Shown: positions 37,400 through 50,227 of the stretch, one piece after another
Position numbering within the stretch: position 1 is the first letter of the stretch
Layout: each line of letters starts with the position of its first letter
NCBI RefSeq assembly: GCF_006345805.1
Contig: NC_043006.1
Coordinates: 64,108,001 to 64,172,000, forward strand
From: Octopus sinensis
Taxonomy: Eukaryota
Direction: 5' to 3'
DNA: 64,000 nucleotides
The notes under the pieces: generated by a model
Database searches by the model: none
The model's input: the letters and a program-made list of their open reading frames with translations, nothing else
What the model was told of the DNA's origin: nothing
Program-made: the position numbers and the translations under genes

Positions 37400-37795
37400 G
37401 GTGGCTATGGAGTTAAGAAGCTTGCTTCCAAACCATGTAGTCTTGGGTTCAATCTCAGCATGCGGCACCTTGGGCAAGTGTCTTCTACGATATCTTCTGG
37501 CTGACCGAAGCCTTCCGAGTGAATTTGATAGACGGAAACTGTGTGGAAGCCTGTCGTATGTATGTGTGTTTATGTTTGTATTTGTCACTCTCCCCCCCCC
37601 CCACACACACACCTCGCTTGATAACCGGTGTTGGTTTATTTATGTTCCCATAACTTGACAGTTCGACAAAAGAGACCGATAGAATAAGTGCCAGACTTAA
37701 TAATTACTGGGGTTGATCTGTTCAACTAAAACTCGTCAAGATAGTGTCTCAGCATGGCGGCAATTCAACGTTTGAAATAAGTAAAAGATAAAAGA
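37400..37795 (+). mobile_element. SINE family B
   Basis: Full family B body. Confidence 0.85.
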
Positions 37796-37964
37796 CGGGA
37801 ATTCTCAGCTCCTTTTTCAATCTCGCCCGCCTCCACCAACTCCGCCTACCCAAGAATGAGGAACTCTAGGAATAATGTTCGTAGGAATTATCTAATGTGT
37901 CTTTTCTTTTAGGAGGGTAAGGTGTGGTTTGCGAAAGCTTTGATTATTATTTCTAGAAGATCGA

Positions 37965-38322
37965 TTAACCAAACAGACACTTCCCCACCCTCGTTCTAAT
38001 GACGCAGAGAAGAGACAGGAGAAAACGAAATATACGGACAGGCAAATAGGTGGTGATCAGCTCAAATGACAGCAAAATAACAGGGGAGAGAGAGAGAGAG
38101 AGAGAGGGACAAGGAAGAGGAGAGAAGAAGGAAGAGAGGATGAGACAGATAGATTGACAGATAGACATATAGATAGAGATAGATAGAAAGATAGAAAGAT
38201 AGACAGACAGAGAGACAGACAAATAGACAGACAGACAAACAGATAGACAGATAGACAGACAAACAGATAGACAGATAGACAGACAGACAGACAAATAGAT
38301 AGATAGACAGACAGACAGACAA

Positions 38323-38420
<98 letters not shown>
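37965..38420. repeat. (GATA)n/(GACA)n/(GA)n compound microsatellite
   Basis: Direct inspection; abuts the tail of the SINE C copy. Confidence 0.9.
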
Positions 38421-38801
38421 CGTGGCACTCCGTCGGTTACGACGACGAGGGTCCCAGTTGATCCGATCAACGGAACAGCCTGCTCGTGAAATTAACGTTC
38501 AAGTGGCTGAGCACTCCACAGACACGTGTACCTTTAACGTAGTTCTCGGGGAGATTCGATGTGACACAGGGTGTGACAAAGTTGGCCCTTCGAAATGCAG
38601 GTACAACAGAAACAGGAAGAAAGAGTGAGAGAAAGTTGTGGTGAAAGATTACAGCAGAGTCTGCCACCACCCACTGCCGGAGCTTCGTGAAGATTTAGGG
38701 TCTTTCGCTTAATAAACACTCACAAGGCCCGGTCTGGGAATCGAAACCGCGATCCTACAACCGCGAGTCCGCTGCCCTAACCACTGGGCCATTGCACCTC
38801 C
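38421..38801 (-). mobile_element. SINE family C, full length
   Basis: GGAGGTGCAATGGCCCAGTGG...GGTTTCGATTCCC head; tail GACGGAGTGCCACG followed by (ATCT)n. Confidence 0.9.
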
Positions 38802-39954
38802 ACGACAAATACACAAAACATGCAGAAAGGTAGATAGTTAAGACAAGCAGAAAGATGTATGTATGACGTAAGAGCGAAGTAAGACACTATATGAAAAAAA
38901 AAAGCAAATACCTGAGTGTACAAACAAGCAGGCTGTTCAGTGGACAACCAGACGAACACACAAGTGGACTAATGTTTAATATAGTTTATTCATCTTCTAG
39001 CCTCCTACGGTTTCATCACAGAGCTTAATGTAACCCGTCTTTTTTCTAATAAGGTGTGATTTTTGTGATAAAGTGTAGAGTGTGAGATGAAGGGAGGAGG
39101 GTACTTTTTGGTTATCTCACCCCCACTAAAAAATCAATTAATGTGGCGACAAGAGATTGGATTAAAAGAGATCTTTTTGATTCAATACTTCAACACATTG
39201 TTGACGTTTGGTCTCCTCAATAAGCATGGAATGATTTGTTATAAAATGTTATCAGATTGAGTAAGATGCTTAATTTTTTGCAGTTTCCTTGCTTATTAAT
39301 TTTTTGCAGTTTTATATGATTTGTTATAAAAATATTATCAGATTCAAAATGATGTTTCATCGTTTCACTTTTTATGTTTAGTAATTTTTCCGCTTTTTTT
39401 TTATTGAGGGTTAAACAATTTTTTTAGTTGAAGGAGATAGCCAAAAGCACCGATATTTCTCGTAAAATGAGGGGGAGATAACCCAATTTTTTAATGGGGG
39501 TGAGATAAGCAAAAAGTTCCGAGAAGAGAATTGGCTGCTGTTTCCATGAGATGAGAATGTGAAATTGTAATGTTATGTGAAATTGTAATGTTATGTGACC
39601 AGCAAAGTCGGTTAGTATACATAGATAAATATTTTAAGTTTCCTGAATTAGATACAGAAACGAGTTCGCATACGCACACGTGGCAAAGTAATTTTAATAG
39701 GAGTGGTTGGAAATGTAATCGCCGCGAAAGTGGACAGGAGTGAAACATACGTACAACGAAAACCGCTTATAATTACGGATAATGTTATCAGTAAGATTAG
39801 TCCCCAAGCACTTTATTTGTTGAATATCATTAGCCAGGTATTGTTATCGGAAAGGCTTCGTTCCAAAGTAATCACAATAAGCGGCTTCAATATTGATGTA
39901 CACACACACACACACACGTGCGTGAGTGTGTGTGTGTGTGTGTGCACGCGCGCG

Positions 39955-40077
39955 CAAGCATGGCTGTGTGGTTAAGCACGCTTTGCAACCACGTTTCGGG
40001 TTCGGTCCCATTGCACGGCACCTTTTGAGCAAGTGTCTTCTACTATACCCTCGGGCCGATGGAAACTGTATGGAAGC

Positions 40078-40135
<58 letters not shown>

Positions 40136-40310
40136 TGTGTGAATGTATGTATGTCTTTGTGTTTCTCTCCCCTACCAACGTTTGACAACCAATGTCGGTT
40201 TGTTTACGTCCCCGAATTTAACGGTTCTACAAAAGAGATTGATCTGTTCGACTAAACCCATTAAGGCGGTGCTCCAGCATAGCCAGAGTCCAATGACTGA
40301 AACCGGTAAA
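39955..40310 (+). mobile_element. SINE family B
   Basis: Family B body with long internal (TA)n. Confidence 0.85.
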
Positions 40311-40501
40311 AGATATATCGTTATTATTATCATTCCTGAGTTGGTAGAATGGTTACCGCACCGGGCAAAATTCTGAGTTCAAATGCTGCCGAGGTAAAAT
40401 TGTACCCGAGGAGGGGGGGGCGATAAAATAAACACCAATCGTGTACTAGGGTCGATGTAATTGACTTATCCCGCCCTGAACCTGCTGGCCTTGTGCTAAA
40501 A

Positions 40502-40555
40502 CAGTAGTTCCCAACCTGGAGCCGTAAAGGTGCTGGAAGTCTGTGAACTAAATTC

Positions 40556-40606
<51 letters not shown>

Positions 40607-40672
40607 AGGATAAGCATATTAAAAGGGGTCCGTGAATAAACTCATTTAAATAAAAAGGGTTGGGAACCACTG
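40502..40672. mobile_element. hAT (Charlie-like) MITE inserted in a SINE A tail
   Basis: TIRs CAGTAGTTCCCAACC / GGTTGGGAACCACTG; perfect 8-bp TSD TGCTAAAA (40494-40501, 40673-40680). Confidence 0.9.
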
Positions 40673-41344
40673 TGCTAAAATTTGAAACCATTATTATCAT
40701 TATTATTTCAGGCCTTGTGCCATTGGTAGAGAGGGTAATGATTATTATTATTATTATTATTGTTGTTGTTGTAGTTGTTGTTGTTGTTAAGGTGGGAGAG
40801 CGGGCAGACACGTTAGCATACCAGACAAAATGTTTAGCAGCATTTCGTCGGTGTTTACGTTTTGCGTTCAAATTCCGCCGAGGTCGACTTAGCTTTTCAT
40901 CCTTTTGGAGGTCGATGAAATAAGTACCAGTTGAGCACTGGAGTCAATATAATCGGCTTATTCTTTGTGTCTATAGTACGAAGGATTATAATTATCATTC
41001 TTTTACGTCTGTTTCTCCCTTCTGAACACGTCGCATTTCTGGCCTATTATCATCTGGTCTAGAACACAACAACACAGGAAACCCGGATATTCTAGTTGTT
41101 TATGCATTGTTTCAAGTATTGGTAGTGTTGGTGGGAGGTGAAGAGGTAGGAAGAAATATTCCTCTTTATCTTCTACCAACCCTCACCCACTTGTAGATTT
41201 TGTTACGTCAACACAACATATACAAAAATGAAACATGACAAATTGTACAATTTGACTATCACCAGGATTGTTTATCCCAAACGTAAGATACGAAATACAA
41301 ATGTTAAAATTACATGGAACGCCATTATAGAATGAATGAATATA

Positions 41345-41666
41345 CAGGCATACCTCAACTTAGGATGGTAATTGGCTCCAACAGACGCGACTTAAATCGA
41401 AAAACGACGTAACACGAATAACTATTTTTAAGCATTTATAAGCTCATATATGTTTTAATAAGTGGTTTGTACATATTTTCAAATGTATTCTGTTTGATTT
41501 GCCTCTTCAATGTTGTTTTTTTTGGGTGTTTTGTTTTTAAACCTTTAAATATGTTCGCTGAAACCGACGTAAAGTCACATAAATGGACTGATGTTGAAAT
41601 TTATTTCTTAAAAACAAAAGTAAAGTCGCGAAAGACACAACTCGAAATGACGTAAGTTGTGGCGTG
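41345..41666. mobile_element. Tigger/pogo-like MITE
   Basis: Left end CAGGCATACCTCAACTTA, degenerate right end TAAGTTGTGGCGTG, TA on both flanks. Confidence 0.45.
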
Positions 41667-42292
41667 TATGAATGTGATTACAGACCAGTTCTACATGTAA
41701 TTATTTTAGCCCCAGGTAAGCACCAATCGAATAAACCAAGGGGGCTCAAGCCGCGATCACAATTTTAAAATCTTATTCTTTTATACGTTTCAGCCCTAAA
41801 TCTGTGGCGAATCTGGAGCACCGCTAGTTTCATTTATTTACTTATAATTGTAAACAGTGAAATTTGATCTAAGAGACATCTTATGTAATCAATAAACTAG
41901 CAAGGTATGAGGACGTTACGTGTTTTATAAATGTTCTGATTTCTAATTTGATGTGTAAATTTATAGCATAAATTCCCAACATTCTTACATTATTATGTTA
42001 ATGTCTCTGATTTCGACCCACGGTCAAAGTTATCTAATGCGCAACACTTGAACTTGCTTCATTATGTTGAATATATCGATTATGCCTTCGATTTCGTTCC
42101 ATAGTTTAATCTGTTGGCAGTAAGATTCAAACAGATGAACGCGTCACAAACAAAATACAGTAATCCGTCGACTATCGTGGATGTTACGTTCCAAACCCTA
42201 CCACGATAGGTGAAAATCTACGAAGTAGAAACAGAACTGTACTGTATAGTTTTTTTTATTATTATTATTTTTATAATTTGTATATATTTATT

Positions 42293-42705
42293 GGGTCTTT
42301 TCGGTTTGAACGGCAGTTTTTTAAAATAATTTCCACGTAACTATAATCACTTTTAAACTTCGTATACTGGTAGAATGTGTTTATAAAACATCTTTCTCTC
42401 TTGCCTTTATTGAGTAAATTCTATGGTTTGTAAGATATTTGTTGTTGTTTTTTCTTCGATTTCTGCAATTTCAACCAATCAATGACGTCTATTGAGCTGA
42501 AAACATTCTGTGCCGTATGAAAATGTCCCTCGTTTAAGAAACAGTTTGGGTTTATTTACATTTCTGAAGAAAAAAATATACCCTTCCCCCACCCTTAACC
42601 CTAAAACAGATTGAAATGCAATAGATCGATACTAGGGTCATAATTATGGGTGACAATTTCATATGACACCGCTAGAAAAAACTGCAGTTCAAACCGAAAA
42701 GATCC
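42293..42705 (+). mobile_element. Non-autonomous DNA transposon with 29-bp TIR and 8-bp TSD (Merlin-like)
   Basis: GGGTCTTTTCGGTTTGAACGGCAGTTTTT / AAAAACTGCAGTTCAAACCGAAAAGATCC; TSD TATTTATT both sides. Confidence 0.88.
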
Positions 42706-43932
42706 TATTTATTTTATTATAAATGCAAAACAAGACCACGGAGGAATCGACGTAAGCTTAAATAATAAACCGCGATAGGTGAATCGCGATATGGCGAGGG
42801 ATTACTGTACAGATTTTTATTGATCACGACGAAAGATAAAAGATAAATTCAACCCATCTTGCCCCCCATACACACACACACACCACCACCACTAACTTTG
42901 AACATATAACGCAAAGTTATGTAACTCAGTATCCCAAGATATGTCGTCCGGTCCACCACAAAGTCCAGTTTTTGTTTACGGTGTGGCGGTTTGTACTACT
43001 TACTCGCGACAGCATCCACCCAGACCAGCTCCGACCAACGAATTCACCATGTCCCTCACGAAGGCTGACTACATCCGACGGTCGCCCTGCAGTCAGGGTT
43101 GTAATAGATACCAACTCCGAACATGAGGTGGTCTGTGTCTCAATAACCCCGGTAGCCATAACAGAGGAGCGTAAGCTCCTTTGTAGGGCCTCTCATACTG
43201 GACTGGTCAAAGGCAATTCAAAACCAACAAGTCTTAGGAACGAAAGGCCTTCAATTAGGGCGGTGGGATATTGAGACAGGCCTGAAAAGGCAGGGAATCA
43301 ATTGGAAAGAAACAGAAAAAAGCAGAGAGACGAAATCAAGGAAGCCGTCGATAGCCTATGCTATACGTGTGTAGCCTCGGGCCAGCCAAAGCCTTGTGGG
43401 TGGATTTGGTAGGCGGAAACGGAAAGAAGCCCATCGAATATATGTGTGTGCAGAAGGGAGGGGGTGCCTTTGCGTTTGTCCACCACTACTTGACAACCAG
43501 TGTCGTTGTGTTTATGTCTGTGTAACTTGCGGTTTGCCAAAAAGATCTCGATAGAATAAATACTAGGTTTGAAAAACTAAACCAGGTCTAGTCGTTCGAC
43601 TAAAATTCTTCAAAGCGGTGCCCCAACATGGTCGCAATCCAAAGATAAGTGTTCTACAGCTACAGGTTATAGTTTTGTATATTTCCACAGACACGGCCAT
43701 AAGCTATATAACCGGTCTTGAAATTTGTTCCTTTAACTCCATTAGAAAAAAAAAGAATGCTATATACCCATAAGCAGGCGTAGTTGTGTGATAAGAAGCT
43801 TGCTTCCCAACCACATGGTCCCAGGTTCAGTCCCACAGCATGACACCTTGGGCGAGTGTTCTCTCCTATAGCCTCGGAGCAATCAAAGCTTTGTGAGTGG
43901 ATTTAGTAAACAGAAACTGAAAGGAGCCCGTC

Positions 43933-43979
<47 letters not shown>

Positions 43980-45879
43980 GGAGTAAACACATAAATGTGA
44001 AACAAGGTGGAAAAATGAGTACTCAAATACCAGTGGACTTATATAAGTACTAGTCTTAAAAAATAATTCATTCGACTAAAAATTGTTTAGCATGGGGCGA
44101 CAAAAAGAAACTGTGTAAAACTGAAGACCCCACCCCACCCCCGAGATCTGACCTGGGACTAAACAACAAACGCCATGATAGTATTACACTTAATACGTCT
44201 GAGATAGTAATCCATGCGGCCAGTCTGTTCATTTACTTCGTTACCTGTGTCTCATAACCAAAAACTGCACAAAATGCTTGATGTAACCGATCTTACCAGA
44301 AATCCAAGCCACGCTGGAAATTCCCGTTTCCTGAGTGAGTCAAATATTCGTAGAGAGAGAGGGAGAGAGAAAGGGTAAACAAATAGAAACAGATACAAAA
44401 CTAAGAGAGACAGACAAACGAAGAGAAATACGAAGAGAGAGAAGTAGACGGAGATACAGATAGATATATACATGGATAAAGAGACAAACGAGTACAAACA
44501 GAGAGGGTAGTACGAAAAAGGAGAAAGGTAGATACTAAAAAGAGATAGATATCTGGATACATAGAGAGATAAACAGATGCAAAGAGATAGTGAGAGAAAA
44601 TATAAGAAAAACAGAGACGTACAAAGAGAGACAAACATACAACTAGAGACAGATACAGAAAACAAAAAGGGAGAGGCAGATACGAGGAGAGAAAGATAAA
44701 GAGAAGGAAACGAACACAATGATAAAATGGATAGAAATGACAAAATGTGATAAGGCTGGCAAATGATTCGAAATAATTCTAAATGACGTGAATAACAACA
44801 AAACAATTGTTATATTCTTTTTCTTTTTGTCAGATTTATGAGCTAAAAAAAAACTTTTTTTTTACATGTCTGCAAAATTATTTTCTATCTCTACCCCGAT
44901 TATCAAGTTTTCGTGAAAATATGTTTACTGTTTAAAACATGCAAAGAAACGTGCAAGTTTCAACAAATAGACGAGCTAGTTTCTGCAGTCTTTTGAGGTG
45001 CTGTAAATAGTAGCTATATTTTCGTCAAGTTCCATGCCCTACCGCTCCTACCGCTGTAAGGAAAACACATGAAGGAAAAAAAAAAGTCTACGCAGGAATG
45101 TCTTTGATCAGAGGTTTGCTGGAACAAGGCTGAATTGGAGGTTAAAAACAAAGTCGAGACTATCATGTCTTTTATATATATCTAGGACACACACACACCA
45201 TTTATATACACGTAGCGTATTTACTCGTGTGTAAGTCGCACAATTTTATAAGTGATTTTAATTGATAGTAGACGGAGCAAAGCTAAATCTATGAAGGTAA
45301 AGAATTCTGTACCAAGATCTAACATTAAATTAGGGGTGCGACGTATAAGACATTTCAATACGATATATGTATATACGCGGGAGAGGGGGGGGACTTGCGT
45401 GTGTGATTTGGGTAAGGATCAACTTGAGAGTGAACTACAACAACAACAGAAGTGATTGGGAGCCAATATGATGAAGCCGTTACCTGGTCACTAAACCTGT
45501 CAGGAAACAGAAGCCGGATCGTTAAATAACACCAAACAATCTTTTAAAATAATCGAAAGATACTTTGGACAATGATGAACGCAGAAAGAGACGGAATGGT
45601 CAGAATTAGAGCGTCTCTGCGGACAGGTCCGCTGGATCACGACTGAAATTGAGCTAAACAAGTTTTAAGAAAACTAAGAGATTGAATGCACTACGTCAGA
45701 CTTTGAGTAAGCGCCTTCTACTCAATTCTTCTGTCCCCCAATGCTTTGCAATTGGGATTTTGTAGACATAAGAAATGTTCGTCGTACACAATAATAATAT
45801 AAATAATATATAAATATATGCATATATACATACATATATGTACATACCTACTTATATATGTATGTATACATGCATATAT

Positions 45880-46704
45880 CATCATCATCATTGTTCGACC
45901 GAGGTCGAGACAATGGAATTTACCATGCTACGCCAGACTTCACGGTCCATCATGGCATTACGGAGGTCCTGTTGCTGGATGCCTGTATCCCTGGAGATTA
46001 CATCAGGGTAGGAGAGTGTGCGCCCTCTGGTATTGCAAGTAGATGGCTTCCAGAGGAGAAGAGTAGAAATTACCTCTTTTTCAGCTCTACAACAATGTCC
46101 AGCAAATTGGACTCTCTTACCTTTCACAAGAGATGACACGGGTGGTAGTTTCCCATATATCTGCATTTTGGTTGGATGGCGCTTCCACGAGAGATTTTGA
46201 GCTCTCATAAGGAGGCGAGTGTAGGTTCCATCCAACCGCCTCTCAAGCTTCTTTGATAACGTCCAGGTTTCTGAGCCATATAGTAGAATTGGTTCGACTG
46301 TGGCTTTGAAGATTTCAAGTTTGAAGTCTCTACTTAGATTTGATGACCAGATCTTATGCATGTCATTACAGGCTGACCAGGCCATACCCTTTCTAGTTAG
46401 AAAGTCTTTTCCAGATGATGATATGTATGACCCAAGATTTGTAATCAGAAACCATATTTAAGGGCGCATTGTTGAGAGTATGGATGCAATCACTGTTGGA
46501 CAGGCACTTGTTTATGTATTCAGTCTTGGCCTCATTGAGGTAAAGACCTACACAATTTGAGGCTTGTTCAAGAGAATGTAAAAGAGAATGGGCATTGGAG
46601 AGAGAATCACTGATAAGAGCGATGTCGTCAGCAAAGTCAGTGTCTGTCAAGTACTCAGCTGGGTGTCTGGAACTTCTTGGTTTTATTTCAAAGCCTTGCC
46701 AGAG
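45880..46704 (-). mobile_element. 5'-truncated RTE-clade LINE (RT C-terminal part)
   Basis: TDTDFADDIALIS (FADD at 46635-46624), YK[fs]LGSYIS, KATVEPILLYGSETWTL, QFAGHCCR; one frameshift near 46435; (TGA)n tail; 10-bp TSD ATGCATATAT (45870-45879, 46705-46714). Confidence 0.92.
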
Positions 46705-46907
46705 ATGCATATATGGGTACAGAACATTAAAAAAAACGTTGAACACAATGAGAAACGAAAACAAAAGCATAGAAACGAACTTTTTTTCGAACAACAAAAA
46801 AAAACCAGAGAAACGAGACATGCAACATAAAGAATATTCCCCTTCTTCAGTTGTTCCTGTTTCATCTACTCCGCGTTTCGGAGGCAAGGATGCCTACTAC
46901 TACTATA

Positions 46908-46968
<61 letters not shown>

Positions 46969-47442
46969 CATCCGTCGGTCTTGGGAGGCCATGATTTAAA
47001 TATCTAGTTACTAAATGTGTATTTTGTCTGAAAGAGACAATCTCCCCCCATCCCGAAAGAGCTCTATAAGTAGATTCACACTTATTCTCTCTACTACAGC
47101 ATGTTTTCACACTGTCTGTGGTCTCCACAGTTCACACTTTCGAATAAATAACTGTGAATATATCTACACTATATATGTCTCAGTATTATCCTGATAAACG
47201 ATGTGCTTTATACGGTTATATGTTTTAAAATGATCATGGGTGTGTGTTTGGATGCTGCTGCCTTATGAAGTTCCCTACATTGTCGTTAAAAGCACGTAAT
47301 AGGAGTAATAAACAGTCCGACAACTGTTATCCTCTTTGGGTATTTTGTCCAGTACTTTTCTATCATGTTTATGTATTTTTTACTCGTTGGTGATACCCTT
47401 TACACACACACACACATATGTATGTATGCATATATATATATA

Positions 47443-47740
47443 TCACGTGACCGACCAGGCCATCAGATGTTGCTACACGTCGCTGGTCACAATGCGCTTC
47501 GCATTGTTTTAGCCCTCAATGACGCCACCCTGCAGGCTAAGCGAGCAGGCCAACAGAAAAAAGAGTGAGAGAAAGTTGTGGTGAAATAGTACAGCAGGGA
47601 TCGCCACCAGCCCCTGTCGGAGCCTCGTGGAACTTTTAGGTGTTTTCGCTCAATAAACACTCACAACGCCCGGTCTGGGAATCGAAACCGCGATCCTACG
47701 ACAGCGAGTCCGCTGACCTAACCACTGGGCCATTGCGCCT

Positions 47741-47742
<2 letters not shown>
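47443..47742 (-). mobile_element. SINE with family C head/body and an alternative 3' tail
   Basis: Same head and body as 38421-38801 up to CTCTCACTCTT, then an unrelated tail ending GGTCGGTCACGTGA(TA)n. Confidence 0.85.
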
Positions 47743-47811
<69 letters not shown>

Positions 47812-48519
47812 ACTTCGCAGCGAATGAAACATATATGCATATGACGTGAGGTGTATATAAATCACTAAAGCTCTTTAAGTAACTGTCATTTCTGGACACG
47901 CAGCATGGCATACTTGTGGATCATTCGCGGCTTAGTAGTTAAGAACATCTGCTTTTATATATTTTATATATATATAACCTATCAATCATATAACAGTGCT
48001 CCTTTGCCTAAGATGTGTGTGTGTGTGTGTGTGTGTGTGTAGGCGCGCGTCTGTATCTACAAATCTATCTGGCTCTGCTGCCTTAATAATAATCGTCATT
48101 ATGTACCGTGAACTTTGGAGTTACGTTGGGTTTTACAGCAAAGTGTAAAGATAGAAGAATATGAGTTACGTTAAAAACCGCCCCTGGTGAATCAATAACA
48201 ACAGCAAAGATCGATAAAAAGCTTTCGAATCACATAACAAGATGAATTGAGGTGAGGGTTGAGGCGCCTGTCTCACAAAATTCGGAGACTTTGTTGATGT
48301 CTAGATTTCATAAGACAGAGGTCAGTGAAATGACAAGACTGTGTACTGAGAAAAGGTAGGACTGTGCTTAAGACACATTTGATAATGTAGTTCTAGACAC
48401 TCTATGCTTGAAAAGTATAAATGGGATGGTCATGGTTAGAACACTCTTCAATATAGGTCTGTTAAACGACAACACAATCCAGAAAAATAACTTGAAATAC
48501 CAACACTAACACCTTCGAA

Positions 48520-49200
48520 CCACACATTCCATTACGACCAATTAAACCTTCCTAAAATCACACCCTACAACCACTAATACCACCACCAACACAACTACTA
48601 CCACTACCTACAATGACACATACACTTTCACTACTACAACTACCCAATACGACAACCACTGTTACCTCCTTTTCTACTACCACCACTACACAATATCACA
48701 ACCACTAAATACGACAAACATTGCCACAATGAGAATCACCGATACCTCCACTTGCAGCCGCCACTCAAAATGACAAGCACAAATACTACCACACACAATG
48801 GCCACCACTTATACAGCCACCTCTACAATGAATTACAGTGACTACCAATACTAACAGCACTACCTTCAAAAACAGACACTTATACCACCACCACCTTTCC
48901 CAATGGTAATCACAACACTAAAACCACTACCCACAATAGCGACCACTACTACTACTACTACTACAATATCAATACCATCCCCGATATCCTACACTCCACG
49001 TTAATTTCAAATACCACCACTGCCACACTATTACTACTACTAAAACCATTACCTCGCATCCCGCTGGCAACCACATATACCACTAACCACAGACACCAAT
49101 GGTAAACACAAGTACAACCACCGCCACTACTACTGCTACTACCACCATCACTGCCTCTAGTATTACTAGTATTACTACTGCTACTACACCTCAATCATCA
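48520..49200. repeat. Degenerate (ACT/ACC)n trinucleotide-rich region
   Basis: Thr-like triplets with frequent frame changes and stops. Confidence 0.8.
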
Positions 49201-49767
49201 CCATCAGCGCCAAAACAAGCAAGCAAGTAACTATACCAGGTTTATCTCTCCAACATGGCCGCTACTGCGAGTGAGTATAAGCAGGCCTCCTCAGGTTCAT
49301 GATATTGTTTGTAATCAATAATGCGAGGCAAAATCAATGACAGGAACACGTCTGAGGGACAACAACGTGGCAGAACTGGTTCAGTTTTATATATAGAACT
49401 GGGAAAGTCAAACATGAACACACACACAAAGATAAATAGATAGATAGATAATGTAAATGCGCGCGCGCGTATGTTTATAGTGAGAGAGAGAGACAACGAA
49501 GGACAGAGATATGTTGAGATAAAAACGCAGATATACAAATATATTGATATATGTACATGAATATCGAATCATACATTTCAGGTACATACGTGCGCGCGTG
49601 CGCACACACACAGACACACATACATACCTACATGAATATGCACACACGCACGCACACACACACACACACATATATATACAAACCTATGTAAATGTGCAAA
49701 CATATATATATATATATATATGTATACTATACATATACATACAAATACATACATATACATGTGTGTG

Positions 49768-49802
<35 letters not shown>

Positions 49803-49863
49803 GGGGGGGAGGCATATACGTGTATGTGTGTATGCACATATATATATATATATATATATATAT

Positions 49864-50163
49864 ACTAGCAGTATCGCCCGGCGTTGCTCGGGTTTGTAAG
49901 GGAAATAACTATATAAGCATTTTTAGAAATGTAAAGTATAATAGCCATCTCAATATGGCTAACCACAAAGGGGGGGGGGGTGTTACTGTAGCTTTTTACG
50001 TTCTGAGACTCATCGTAGACGCGCGCTATTACCCAGAAGGGCTCGATATGAATCACGACTATAAGATAGCCGGTTTTGGTTAAACTGCACCGCAAAATGT
50101 GGGAGTAGTTAGGAATCTAAATCGTAGGAGACAGACAGCCCACAACCTTACTTTTATATATAA

Positions 50164-50167
<4 letters not shown>
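49864..50167 (+). mobile_element. Non-autonomous Helitron-like element (Lep1/DINE-like architecture) within (TA)n
   Basis: 5' ACTAGCAGTATCGCCCGGCGTTGCTCGGG subterminal hairpin, AGACAGACAG near the 3' end, terminus CTTTTATATATAAAGAT; (TA)n on both sides. Confidence 0.6.

Positions 50168-50227
<60 letters not shown>

Noticed and set aside
48520-49200. Thr-rich mucin-like exon
   Set aside because: The frame shifts repeatedly and contains stops; it is a degenerate trinucleotide repeat.
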